A DNA stretch of 64,000 nucleotides from an uncultured Bacilli bacterium (GTDB lineage Bacteria > Bacillota_I > Bacilli_A > RF39 > UBA660). The DNA is taken from positions 5,587-69,586 of the forward strand of contig CANPYM010000003.1 in assembly GCA_947588685.1 (NCBI GenBank). Reading direction: 5' to 3'. Every line of letters starts with the position of its first letter. Within the stretch, counting starts at the first letter, position 1. The position numbers were made by a program, and so were the translations under genes. The notes under the pieces were generated by a model, which was not told where the DNA came from, did no database searches, and saw only the letters and a list, made by a program, of their open reading frames with translations. Positions 36,711 through 46,288 of the stretch are shown here, piece by piece.

Positions 36711-37133
36711 TCACCTCTTTACCATTATATCATAATTATTTTTAATTTTAAAAATCCATTTATTCAAAAGATAATCATCATAATTATTTTCTTCTTTTAA
36801 AATTATTGTTATCCGTTCTTTCGTATATTTACGCATCGTATCAAATAGATGATTAAGGTCTTTAAAACTATTCTTTGTAATTACAAGATCATTTAAATCA
36901 ATATATATATTATCCGCCTTAACTAAGAGATTTTGAATATGATGTTCATTAATTTTAATGTTATCTAAAATATCATTAGTAATATCTTTAGGACGCGTAT
37001 CTTGATAAGGATAACAATAATTACTTTTAATATTATTACCAAAAGATAAACTTATATGAGCCTTATAGTTAACCTTAAGGCTGATGGTTATAACAACTAT
37101 AGTGACCATAATGATAAATAGTAGCTTTTTCAT
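36711..37133 (-). CDS. Hypothetical protein with N-terminal signal/anchor
   Basis: ATG 37133 (MKKLLFIIMVTIVVITISL) follows GAGGTG. The track start is a GTG inside the RBS. Confidence 0.45.
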   Translation of the reverse strand: MKKLLFIIMVTIVVITISLKVNYKAHISLSFGNNIKSNYCYPYQDTRPKDITNDILDNIKINEHHIQNLLVKADNIYIDLNDLVITKNSFKDLNHLFDTMRKYTKERITIILKEENNYDDYLLNKWIFKIKNNYDIMVKR

Positions 37134-37143
37134 TTTCACCTCA

Positions 37144-37168
37144 TAAAAAAAGTAGCCTAAGCTACTTA
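37144..37168 (-). terminator. Rho-independent terminator of murA
   Basis: AAGTAGC-ttag-GCTACTT followed by T7 on the minus strand. Confidence 0.75.
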
Positions 37169-38422
37169 ATTATATTCTTCTAATTCGATTTTTGCACCTA
37201 CACTTGTCAATTTGCCAATAATATTTTCATAACCTCTTAAGACGTGTTCAACACTATCAACAATTGTCTCCCCTGATGCGGCTAAACCAGCAAGAACAAG
37301 ACAAGCTCCAGCGCGAAGATCAGTGGCTGTTACCGTAGCCCCTTTTAAAGGTGAAGGACCATGAACATATATTTTACGATCATCAATAGTAATATCCGCA
37401 CCCATATCGACTAAATATTTAACATTTTGAAAACGATTTTCATAGATAGTTTCTTCTAAAACAGACTCTCCACTTAACTGAGTTAATAAAGTCGTAAGAG
37501 GTTGTTGTAAGTCTGTTGCAAAACCAGGATAACCTAGGGTTTTAACATTGATAGCCCGGCCCTTATCTAGTTTTGATAAAGTGATAGATGATGATGAGAC
37601 TTCCATCTTACAACCAGCTTCTTTAAGTTTTTCAATTAAGGCATCAATATGTTCCGGGATAATATTATTAATGGTTAAATTATCACCCATTAAAGCTCCC
37701 GCAATAACATAAGTACCAGCTTCAATACGATCAGGTATAACTTCGGTAAAACCTTTACCTAAATGTTCTACACCATCAATCGTAATTGTACTAGTTCCAG
37801 CTCCCATTATTTTAGCGCCCATATTGTTTAAGAAAGTCGCAATATTAACTATTTCAGGCTCTTTGGCAGCATTTTCAATGACAGTCCTGCCTTCGGCTCT
37901 AACAGCTACCAAAAGAGTATTAACTGTAGCGCCAACACTTGGCATATCAAGATAAATATTATTACCTACTAATTTATCAGCAGAAATAGTAAACTTATTT
38001 CCCTCTTCAATAACATTTGCCCCTAAAGCCCGGTAACCTTTTAAAGTTTGATCAATGGGACGAGCCCCAATCGAACAGCCACCAGGAAAATACATTTCAA
38101 CGTATTTATATTTACCTAGTAAAGAGGACATAAAATAGTAAGATGCACGCAACTTTTTAGCAATAGCTTCCGGTATTTCTTTATTTACAACGGGTCTTGC
38201 ATCAATCTTTATTTGACCATTACTTCTTATCACATTAGCCCCTAAATAAACTAGTATTTCTTGTAAAGCATCAATATCAGAAATATTAGGTACATTGTCA
38301 ATAACTACTTCTTCATCAGAAAGCAAAGCGGCTGGAATAAGCGCTACCGCACTGTTTTTAGCACCACTAATATTGATCTCACCGGTTAGTTTATGTCCAC
38401 CTTCTATTTTAATTCTTTTCAT
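37166..38422 (-). CDS. murA: UDP-N-acetylglucosamine 1-carboxyvinyltransferase
   Basis: 418 aa. ISGAKNSAVALIPAALL and the active-site loop PGGCSIGARPID (Cys form). Confidence 0.96.
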   Translation of the reverse strand: MKRIKIEGGHKLTGEINISGAKNSAVALIPAALLSDEEVVIDNVPNISDIDALQEILVYLGANVIRSNGQIKIDARPVVNKEIPEAIAKKLRASYYFMSSLLGKYKYVEMYFPGGCSIGARPIDQTLKGYRALGANVIEEGNKFTISADKLVGNNIYLDMPSVGATVNTLLVAVRAEGRTVIENAAKEPEIVNIATFLNNMGAKIMGAGTSTITIDGVEHLGKGFTEVIPDRIEAGTYVIAGALMGDNLTINNIIPEHIDALIEKLKEAGCKMEVSSSSITLSKLDKGRAINVKTLGYPGFATDLQQPLTTLLTQLSGESVLEETIYENRFQNVKYLVDMGADITIDDRKIYVHGPSPLKGATVTATDLRAGACLVLAGLAASGETIVDSVEHVLRGYENIIGKLTSVGAKIELEEYN

Positions 38423-38456
38423 ACATACCTCCCTTAATACTATATGTTAATACTTA

Positions 38457-39305
38457 TTACACGTGCCTAGTTCCAAGTAAGGCAACTTTAGCTTTGATGG
38501 CCTCTTTCATATAAGCTTCACCAGCTTTAATAACCTTACGAGGATCATATACTTCAGGATCACTTTCAAGTTTCTCCCGAACACCCTTTGTCCAAGCTTG
38601 TTGTAATTCCGTATTAATATTTAACTTACAAATACCACACGATATGGCTTTTCTAATCTGTTCGTCATAAATGCCACTACCGCCATGCAAAACTAGAGGG
38701 ATATTACATACCTCTTTAATTTCTTCCATCCGGTCAAAAGCAAGAACAGGATCGCCATGATATGGTCCATGAACACTTCCTAAAGCTGGCGCTAAAGCAT
38801 CAATACCCGTCTCTTCAACAAAGCGCTTACAATCGGCTACTTCAGCATATAAGATACCTGTAACAACACCATCTTCACTACCGCCAACGTGTCCTACTTC
38901 TGCTTCAACACTGACGTTTCTTTCTTTCGCATAATCACATACTTCTTTCGTTAGACGAATATTCTCATCTAATTCATATTTAGATGCATCAATCATGACG
39001 GAAGTAAAGCCGGCATCAATAGCTTCCTTACAAGCTTCAAAACTGCTTCCGTGATCTAGATGAACGGCAACCGGAATCGTTATATGAAGATAATCCATTA
39101 AGTTTTTAACCATATCAAATACAGTCTTATAGCCACCCATATATTTAGATGCTCCTTCACTAACACCTAAAATGACTGGTACTTTTAATTCTTCACATTC
39201 TTCTAAAATAAATCTTGTCCACTCTAAATTATTTATATTAAAATGCGCAATTGCGTACTTACCTTCTTTAGCTTCATTTAACATTTTAATCATATTAACT
39301 AACAT
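38457..39305 (-). CDS. fba: Class II fructose-1,6-bisphosphate aldolase
   Basis: AIAHFNINNLEW, VHLDHG and LVLHGGSG motifs. The start is moved to ATG 39305 (MLVNMIKML); the longer track N-terminus is hydrophobic junk overlapping spoIIR. Confidence 0.93.
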   Translation of the reverse strand: MLVNMIKMLNEAKEGKYAIAHFNINNLEWTRFILEECEELKVPVILGVSEGASKYMGGYKTVFDMVKNLMDYLHITIPVAVHLDHGSSFEACKEAIDAGFTSVMIDASKYELDENIRLTKEVCDYAKERNVSVEAEVGHVGGSEDGVVTGILYAEVADCKRFVEETGIDALAPALGSVHGPYHGDPVLAFDRMEEIKEVCNIPLVLHGGSGIYDEQIRKAISCGICKLNINTELQQAWTKGVREKLESDPEVYDPRKVIKAGEAYMKEAIKAKVALLGTRHV

Positions 39306-39375
39306 ATTCTCACCCAATTTAAATATATTATGTATACTCATAAAAGTCAATAAACTTAAGCAAAATAAAAAGCAA

Positions 39376-39897
39376 TTAGACATTGCTTTTACTCGGGAAA
39401 TATTTACTAATCATATCCATAACAAAAGAACGATATTCCACATCACTACTCTCTTCGGCTTCTAACAAGCAAAGTGGAGGGAAAAGGACACACCACCAAT
39501 TATCACCTAAGCCATTACCTAAAGTTACAACTAATGATTGATATTCCCCAGCTTCATAGTTAATTCCTCTAAACTCTTTCTCAGGGAAATAATTCATACC
39601 ATAATTAAGCTTATAATTCTTTGTATATTGGCTAATTAATTCTTTTACCTTAGGAATATTCTTCTTAATTAGCGCATCGGCTTCTTCAATATTTTCCACA
39701 CCATCTAATTTAGTATATAAGTATTTTTCAATATCTTCTTTTATTTCCCGTTTTAGAGCCTGATCATCCTCACTATTTGAATTAGCTATAACACGGATTC
39801 TAATAGCCTCATCAGGGATTAAATTGTTACTAGTAAGAGTATTAGCTACTAACGCAAGAGTAATTACCGCAATTAAAATAAAAAGAATGTTTTTCAT
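39376..39897 (-). CDS. spoIIR: Stage II sporulation protein R
   Basis: 173 aa. Signal anchor, IRIRVIANSNSEDDQALK and NWWCVLFPPLC motifs. Confidence 0.82.
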   Translation of the reverse strand: MKNILFILIAVITLALVANTLTSNNLIPDEAIRIRVIANSNSEDDQALKREIKEDIEKYLYTKLDGVENIEEADALIKKNIPKVKELISQYTKNYKLNYGMNYFPEKEFRGINYEAGEYQSLVVTLGNGLGDNWWCVLFPPLCLLEAEESSDVEYRSFVMDMISKYFPSKSNV

Positions 39898-39942
39898 ATA
39901 TCATCACCTACTATATATTGATAAACATTCTTTAATTTTATA

Positions 39943-39968
39943 CAAAAAATAGTGATTACTCACTATTT
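39943..39968 (-). terminator. Rho-independent terminator after ORF 39963
   Basis: AATAGTG-agtaat-CACTATT followed by a T-run on the minus strand. Confidence 0.65.
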
Positions 39969-40520
39969 TGTATACATACAAGCTCTTTTCTTGAAATAGA
40001 TAAATGAACAAGTACCAAAAGCAATTGATATAACAGCAATAACTCCAAAAACAGCGCCAATAGCCGTTCCTAGACCTTCTACTGCTACTAATTCACCAGC
40101 AAATTCTTCGATAGCTGCGCCACCAATAACAGCTAAAATACCAAATAGTACACCATTAATTATTTCAATTACTGATTGGATCATAGCAAGAATCCGTCCA
40201 ACTTTATTACGCATTGCTAATAAAATAATAGTGGCTCCAAGGAAAACAACACCAATTAAAGTTCCAATGTTGAAATTACTAAATAAGTTCATAACATTAC
40301 CAATTACAGATAATCCTAAAATAACCATATAAACAACAGCATAAGTCATTCCCATTTGAGGTTGAGCTTGAGTTTGAGGATATCCTCCCATCATTGGTTG
40401 TACACCATTAACTGGTGCTTGTGGCATAGCAGCCATAACTTCTAAATCAGCACTACCACAGTTTGGACAATTATTTGCAGTATCAGCTACCTGGCTACCG
40501 CATGCTTTACATCTTTTCAT
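39963..40520 (-). CDS. Zinc-ribbon / Pro-Gln-rich linker / multi-TM membrane protein
   Basis: 185 aa. CKACGS...CPNCGS, then a PQAPVNGVQPMMGGYPQTQAQPQMG linker, then 4 hydrophobic helices. Confidence 0.6.
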   Translation of the reverse strand: MKRCKACGSQVADTANNCPNCGSADLEVMAAMPQAPVNGVQPMMGGYPQTQAQPQMGMTYAVVYMVILGLSVIGNVMNLFSNFNIGTLIGVVFLGATIILLAMRNKVGRILAMIQSVIEIINGVLFGILAVIGGAAIEEFAGELVAVEGLGTAIGAVFGVIAVISIAFGTCSFIYFKKRACMYTK

Positions 40521-40650
40521 TAAACATACTCCTCCCTTTTAATATCGATGTTAGCCTCATCAAACGTCTCCTTAATCTTAAGAAAACAGTTACCTATGAT
40601 TACAACCATTATATCACAAATTATGGCGTATTAAAATATAATTGTTACAT

Positions 40651-41211
40651 TTAATATATGGTTTGATTATGACATTTATCATATTCATCTTCATCAAAAA
40701 GGAATGTATTAGTATCACAATAACCATTTTTCCATATGCCACCAGCATCTTCACAACAACTACTTGAAACTTCATAATAATCCTGATAATCATTTTCTTG
40801 ATAGTCTGATACTGCACTGAATGCGATAATCATGGTAATAGCGAAAAAGACAATATATAAAACAATCGTAGTAATAAATCCAACTAAAGCTCCGATACCG
40901 GCCATTTTGGCATCACCCTTACGATCGTTATTCCAAACAGCAAATAAAATTAAACCAACCAAAGGGATAAAAAATCCTAAGACAGCCCAACCAAAACTAC
41001 CTTTCTTTTGGGGATATTGATAATTTTGATTATACGCAGGATATTGATAATAAGGATATCCTTGATAATTTTGATATGGTTGATAATATGCTTGATTTTG
41101 AGCATAATTAGTTTGTTGATAATCCCCATTTTCAAAACTATTACCACCACAATATGGACAAAATTCAACTTTTTCATCAACCATGTTATTACACATTTTA
41201 CACTTCTTCAT
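40651..41211 (-). CDS. Zinc-ribbon / Tyr-Gln-Asn-rich linker / TM protein with a Cys-containing C-terminal domain
   Basis: 186 aa. CKMC...CPYCGG, then a YQ-rich linker (NQAYYQPYQNYQGYPYYQYPAYNQNYQYPQ), two TM helices, and a C-terminal tail with CC...C...C. Confidence 0.6.
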   Translation of the reverse strand: MKKCKMCNNMVDEKVEFCPYCGGNSFENGDYQQTNYAQNQAYYQPYQNYQGYPYYQYPAYNQNYQYPQKKGSFGWAVLGFFIPLVGLILFAVWNNDRKGDAKMAGIGALVGFITTIVLYIVFFAITMIIAFSAVSDYQENDYQDYYEVSSSCCEDAGGIWKNGYCDTNTFLFDEDEYDKCHNQTIY

Positions 41212-41243
41212 AATACATACCTCCTTATATTCTCATCATACCA

Positions 41244-41696
41244 TTATTTATGATATGTTTCATTATGATTAATCTTAAAAGCACGATAGATTTGTTCTAA
41301 TAAGATAACTCTAAATAACTGATGTGGGAAAGTTAATTTTGAAAAAGAAAGAGCATAATTACTTCTTTTTTTAATATCTTCGTGAAGGCCTAACGAACCA
41401 CCAATAATAAAAGTTATAGTAGAATTAGTTAAATAGATATCATCTAACTTTTTAGCTAAAGCAACGGAACTTAATTCTTGTCCTGTTATCTCTAAAGTTA
41501 TGACATAATCTTTATCGTCAATATGTTTTTCTAATTCTTCTTTTTCTTTAACTAAAACATTATCAGCTTTATCGTTATAGTCTTTGCATTCAATAATTTC
41601 TATTTTCGTATATTTACTTAATCTTTTAACATATTCTAAAACGGCTTCTTGATAAAATGTTTCTTTTATTTTACCAACACATAATATTTTAATCAT
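41244..41696 (-). CDS. rlmH: 23S rRNA (pseudouridine1915-N3)-methyltransferase RlmH
   Basis: 150 aa, SPOUT fold. MIKILCVGKIKETFYQEAVLEYVKRL and a C-terminal HQLFRVILLEQIYRAF segment. Confidence 0.9.
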   Translation of the reverse strand: MIKILCVGKIKETFYQEAVLEYVKRLSKYTKIEIIECKDYNDKADNVLVKEKEELEKHIDDKDYVITLEITGQELSSVALAKKLDDIYLTNSTITFIIGGSLGLHEDIKKRSNYALSFSKLTFPHQLFRVILLEQIYRAFKINHNETYHK

Positions 41697-42451
41697 ACTT
41701 CCACCAATTCTGATGCTTCTCTTTGATCAGCAATACTAATATCATCAAAAGAAATATGCTTCTTACTAAGTGTCTCTTTTAAATTGTTGTAAGCTATTTC
41801 TTTCGTATTATTTTGTTCACTAAGATGCGCTAAAAAGACTTTTTTTGTATCTCTACCAATAAACTTAGATAAATATAGAGCTGAATCTTTATTAGATAAG
41901 TGTCCGCTATCACCTAGAATGCGCATTTTAACTTGATGAGGATAATGTTCATTATTCATCAAAAGTTCAATGTCATGATTACTTTCCATAATATAGATAG
42001 TACGATTACTAAGAAGTTTGTGATACTTCTCACTAATATAACCCGTATCAGTCATATAGACTGCACTTTTACCATCATATTCAAAGATATATCCTCTGGC
42101 ATCATTAGCATCATGACTCGTTGGAACCGGTGTGATGACGACACCATCTAAATCAATCGGTTCATTTAGATTAGTATAATCAACCTTTAAATTAGCTTCC
42201 TTGCATATCGCATCAGACATATAAATATGGGGATGATACTTCTTATAAAAGACACTTACGCCTGATACGTGATCCGTGTGAGCGTGGGTTATAAAAACAC
42301 TATCAATCTCACTAGGATTAACACCTAAAGATTTTAATTTCTTTTCAATGCTTAAAGAAGAAGTACCTATATCAATAAGAACTTTATGACTTCCAACACC
42401 AATATAGGTACAATTTCCTTTACTTCCACTTGCTAAAACACATACTTGCAT
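41693..42451 (-). CDS. MBL-fold metallo-hydrolase (WalJ/YycJ-like)
   Basis: 252 aa. HTDH motif in ITHAHTDHVSG. Sits immediately upstream of rlmH, as yycJ does in Bacillus. Confidence 0.85.
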   Translation of the reverse strand: MQVCVLASGSKGNCTYIGVGSHKVLIDIGTSSLSIEKKLKSLGVNPSEIDSVFITHAHTDHVSGVSVFYKKYHPHIYMSDAICKEANLKVDYTNLNEPIDLDGVVITPVPTSHDANDARGYIFEYDGKSAVYMTDTGYISEKYHKLLSNRTIYIMESNHDIELLMNNEHYPHQVKMRILGDSGHLSNKDSALYLSKFIGRDTKKVFLAHLSEQNNTKEIAYNNLKETLSKKHISFDDISIADQREASELVEV

Positions 42452-42455
42452 AATC

Positions 42456-44477
42456 TTACTTCCTTAAATATGGTAATGGATTAGTAGCTCCGCCACTACC
42501 TGGACATTTATTCGTTGTCGCTCCAACTCTAATTTCAAAGTGAACATGGTTACCAGTTGCAGCACCACTATGACCGATATAACCGATTACTTGACCACGA
42601 GCAACAACGCTACCCTTCTTTAAGCCTTTAGCAAAGCCACTCATATGGCCATATAATGTACAATAACCATTATTATGATTGATAATAATATGCTTACCAT
42701 AACCATATCTTGTATCATTAATAGCATAGATAGTACCATTATTAGAAGCATATACTGGTTTACCATAGTTATTTGGAATATCTACGCCACTATGAAGTTC
42801 ACGTTTCTTATAGTTAAATGGATAAGTACGCCAACCGAAAGGTGAACTAATTGAATAAGCATTAGTTGGCCATAACCAGTTACGAACACTACCAATACTT
42901 GGTACATTATGCGTACCAACACGAACGACTTTATTACGAGATGGCTTAATTGTTTCGTTACTAATTGGAACAGTCTTAACAACGGAACCATTTACTTTTT
43001 GAACAGTCTGAGATACACGCATAATGCCATTTTGACCACTTTGTTCAACATATTCTGATCCTGTTGTCATTGTTTTATCAGCTTTTTCAATCGTATCATA
43101 GTAAATTGTTTGATCAAAGACTTGGGATTCTTCTACAATAACTTCTATTTTAGGATTTAACTTAGTAATGGTAATCGGCTGATTATCATAAAACATATTA
43201 TCGATACTAGTAAAACTTGGGTTAGAAAGGAAGAACTCCTCAACACTAATACCATTACGATAAGCTAAATCATCAACACTATCTTTAGATGATGCCAAAA
43301 CGGTCTTAGATATCTTGTTATCACCATATAACAAATAACTAGCTAGACTTGATGAATCCGTATAGATTTTCTCACTAACTGAAACATTAGTTTTTTTAAC
43401 GGTTATTTCATCATCAAGATAAATATTATCAATCATTGTACCGGTTGTTTTTACCTCTTGTTGGGTACCATTTTGATAATCTTCATATTTTTCATTACCG
43501 ACAAAAACTTTAGTGACTTCTTCAATGGCATCATTAAAAATATCTTCGTCTGTAACATATAAGATGATATCTTTACTTTTGGCATTGCTACTGGTAGATG
43601 ATGAATCCAAATCCTCTAGAGTACTATCAGATTCCATATCTTCAGCATCATCTTCCTTGACTTTAATTCTAAACTGATATCCTTCAATAGTACAAGGCTT
43701 TTTAGCAATAATTTTATTATAAATATCCTCAATATCACTATAAGTATTATCATAAGTTGTAATTTTTTTAATATTAATACCTAAAGGTTCTAAAACGTTT
43801 GTCGTATGAAGATATATTTCATTATCATTGACATAATTTTTCATATAAATATATCTACTATAAGATACGTCAATCATCTTGTTACTAACAAACTCTTCTA
43901 GGTAACTAACCTCACTACTCGTCATATTAAGACTTTCACGATTTTGATAAAGATAATCAATTAAATCTTTTTGATAACTTTTAATGTTTTTATCAAAAAT
44001 AGCTTGAAGGCGATCATAATTCTTAATACCTTTACTAGTTAAACCATTACCTTCTTTATATTCATCACTAAAGGTTCTATATAACTTACTTAAATCAGCA
44101 TATTTCCCATCTTTAGCATTACCATTATTATCAACATAAGAAGATAATTCATTATAAATATCTTCTAATTTTATCATATAAATATAATTTGAATATAACG
44201 AATTGCCTCTTACAAATACTTTTTTCATCACATTATGAACAGATTCAATTGTCTCAATATTAGACTGATATTCAATGACCTGATTTTGGATAATTTCACC
44301 CTGTTCGGCAACATGCTTTTCAAATTTTTCTTTAGAGGTAATAACACCAATTTTTTCATTATCAAGATAAACTTGATAAAAACTCCGTGGGACGTATTTT
44401 CTTCCATAGTTAAATTGTAAAAAGAAAACAGCAACACCACAAAGGAAAACAATGATGTATACAACACACTTTTTCAT
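42456..44477 (-). CDS. Membrane-anchored M23 family metallopeptidase with a G5-like domain
   Basis: 673 aa. N-terminal TM helix, a G5-like segment (GSEYVEQSGQNGIMRVSQTVQKVNGSVV...VVRVGT), and C-terminal HSGVDI...GHSGAATGNHVHFEIR. Confidence 0.85.
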   Translation of the reverse strand: MKKCVVYIIVFLCGVAVFFLQFNYGRKYVPRSFYQVYLDNEKIGVITSKEKFEKHVAEQGEIIQNQVIEYQSNIETIESVHNVMKKVFVRGNSLYSNYIYMIKLEDIYNELSSYVDNNGNAKDGKYADLSKLYRTFSDEYKEGNGLTSKGIKNYDRLQAIFDKNIKSYQKDLIDYLYQNRESLNMTSSEVSYLEEFVSNKMIDVSYSRYIYMKNYVNDNEIYLHTTNVLEPLGINIKKITTYDNTYSDIEDIYNKIIAKKPCTIEGYQFRIKVKEDDAEDMESDSTLEDLDSSSTSSNAKSKDIILYVTDEDIFNDAIEEVTKVFVGNEKYEDYQNGTQQEVKTTGTMIDNIYLDDEITVKKTNVSVSEKIYTDSSSLASYLLYGDNKISKTVLASSKDSVDDLAYRNGISVEEFFLSNPSFTSIDNMFYDNQPITITKLNPKIEVIVEESQVFDQTIYYDTIEKADKTMTTGSEYVEQSGQNGIMRVSQTVQKVNGSVVKTVPISNETIKPSRNKVVRVGTHNVPSIGSVRNWLWPTNAYSISSPFGWRTYPFNYKKRELHSGVDIPNNYGKPVYASNNGTIYAINDTRYGYGKHIIINHNNGYCTLYGHMSGFAKGLKKGSVVARGQVIGYIGHSGAATGNHVHFEIRVGATTNKCPGSGGATNPLPYLRK

Positions 44478-44484
44478 AAATCAC

Positions 44485-45840
44485 CTATTTTTCTTCGGTT
44501 TCTTTAATATCACTATCAGCTACACTAACAAGCGTACTAATAGATTTTTGAAATAATAAGTTAATATCTTTTAATGGACCATTACGATGCTTACGGACAA
44601 CTAGCTGCATCAAGCTTTCAGGCTTTTCCTTTTCTTGTTCCGTACAATGAAGGAAAGCAACAAAGTCAGCATCTTGTTCGATAGCACCAGATTCTCTTAA
44701 ATCACTTAACATCGGCTTTTTATCACCATTACGTTGTTCAATACTACGAGATAATTGGGATAGAGCAATAACCGGAATATCTAAGTCCATTGCCATCGTC
44801 TTTAACGCTCTTGATATCTCAGCAACTTCCTGTTGCCTATTTTGACCATTAGATCCACCTTTAGTTGCGCTTTGGATCAATGTTAAATAATCGATGATAA
44901 CGATATCAAGGCCTGCTTCCGAACTTTTTAAACGCCGGCATTTAGACATAATCTCTGATACGGTTTGTCCGGCACTATCATCAATAAAAAGATTTGTCTT
45001 AGCTAATTTACTAATAGCTTCATTAAGCTTTTTCCAATCATCGTGTTCAAGATTACCCGTCTTTAATTTATCACCTGTAATTTGTCCAACAGATGATAAC
45101 ATACGCGTTGCCAATTGTTCTGCACCCATCTCCATGTTGAAAACAGCTACAGATTTTTTAGCATTAATTGCCATATGCGTTGCCATATTTAGGGCAAAAG
45201 CCGTCTTTCCCATACCGGGACGAGCAGCGATAATGATAAATTGATGGGGATGCCATCCGGTTGTTAGGCGGTCTAAATCATAAAAGCCCGTTGGAATACC
45301 GGTAACATCTTTTTTATTAGCAGCCAAAAACTCAATATCAGCTTGGGTTTTATCCAATACTTCTTTAATAGGCTTAAACTCCGTTGTTTTAATTCCTTCC
45401 GAAACATCACTAATCTTTTTACTAGCTTCATATAAAAAGTCCGTAATATCTCTACCAACATTATAACTATCTTGAACAATACTAGTAGCTTCATCAATTA
45501 AACGTCTTAAAACGGCTTTTTCAGAAACAATCTTAATATATTCATCAATATTAGCGGTCGTTGGAACATCATTAATAATTTGAACTAAGTATTCGATATT
45601 GCCAACTTGTTCTAGTAAATGGCGGTGATTCAACTCTTCACTAACCGTTGTTAAATCAACCGGAACTTTTTTATCATTTAAATACTTTATACACGTAAAA
45701 ATTTTACTGTGAGCATCAATATAAAAATCATCACTAGTTAATCCTTCAACAGCTTTTTGTAAAGCTTTTTTAGTTAAAAACATTGATCCTATTACTGATT
45801 GTTCAGCTTCGGTATTATGGGGTATTGTTTTCTCAGGCAT
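44485..45840 (-). CDS. dnaB: Replicative DNA helicase
   Basis: 451 aa. Walker A ARPGMGKTAFALN and a DnaB N-terminal domain (PHNTEAEQSVIGSM). Confidence 0.96.
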   Translation of the reverse strand: MPEKTIPHNTEAEQSVIGSMFLTKKALQKAVEGLTSDDFYIDAHSKIFTCIKYLNDKKVPVDLTTVSEELNHRHLLEQVGNIEYLVQIINDVPTTANIDEYIKIVSEKAVLRRLIDEATSIVQDSYNVGRDITDFLYEASKKISDVSEGIKTTEFKPIKEVLDKTQADIEFLAANKKDVTGIPTGFYDLDRLTTGWHPHQFIIIAARPGMGKTAFALNMATHMAINAKKSVAVFNMEMGAEQLATRMLSSVGQITGDKLKTGNLEHDDWKKLNEAISKLAKTNLFIDDSAGQTVSEIMSKCRRLKSSEAGLDIVIIDYLTLIQSATKGGSNGQNRQQEVAEISRALKTMAMDLDIPVIALSQLSRSIEQRNGDKKPMLSDLRESGAIEQDADFVAFLHCTEQEKEKPESLMQLVVRKHRNGPLKDINLLFQKSISTLVSVADSDIKETEEK

Positions 45841-45850
45841 AAAACACCTC

Positions 45851-46288
45851 CTACTTTACTAATTCAACTCTTATTTTAGCTATAACTTTTTTGTGTAGTT
45901 CAATATCAACATTATGATAACCTAGGGTTGACAAGGGAGTGTTGATATGAACTTGTTTTTTATCTATTTCATAACCTTTACCTACTAGTTCGCTAGCAAT
46001 TTGTTTTGCGCTAACACTACCAAAAACACGGTCCATCTCACCGGTTTTAACTTTAAACTTTAGTTCTTCTTTTTCCAATTTAGCTTTAATTTGTTCACAC
46101 TTTTTAATTAAAGCATCCATTGCCTGCTTTTTTTCTTCATTTTCTCGGTTTAGGCGGTTAACACCCGCTCCGGTTGCTGGAACAGCTTGGCCAGCTTTAA
46201 TTAAATAATTAGCATAGCCATCAGCTACATTGATAATATCGCCCTTTTTACCTTGTTTTTTAACATCATCAAGCAAGATTATCTTCAT
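45851..46288 (-). CDS. rplI: 50S ribosomal protein L9
   Basis: 145 aa. [29 protein letters not shown]. Confidence 0.95.
   Translation of the reverse strand: MKIILLDDVKKQGKKGDIINVADGYANYLIKAGQAVPATGAGVNRLNRENEEKKQAMDALIKKCEQIKAKLEKEELKFKVKTGEMDRVFGSVSAKQIASELVGKGYEIDKKQVHINTPLSTLGYHNVDIELHKKVIAKIRVELVK

Noticed and set aside
2558-39383. Longer N-termini given by the ORF track for secY, rpsH, rplX, rplC, typA, rpmE, fba, DUF951, parB, the DUF4116 gene and ORF 36711.
   Set aside because: The upstream extensions start at GTG or TTG, or at ATGs abutting or overlapping the RBS or the preceding gene. Internal ATGs with proper Shine-Dalgarno spacing reproduce the canonical family N-termini, so I trimmed these calls.
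40540-40600. A 17-codon upstream ORF (ATGAGGCTAACATCG...) overlapping the start of the zinc-ribbon gene at 40520.
   Set aside because: It has no RBS of its own and is out of frame. Short ORFs like this are frequent by chance, so there is no support for a leader peptide.
40463-45497. Short overlapping ORFs in alternative frames or strands (40463+, 40614-, 40832+, 40977-, 41008+, 41933+, 42782-, 44228-, 44235+, 44894+, 45273-).
   Set aside because: They translate to Ile/Lys/Leu-rich nonsense, overlap well-supported genes (zinc-ribbon proteins, MBL hydrolase, M23 peptidase, dnaB), and are expected by chance at this AT content.
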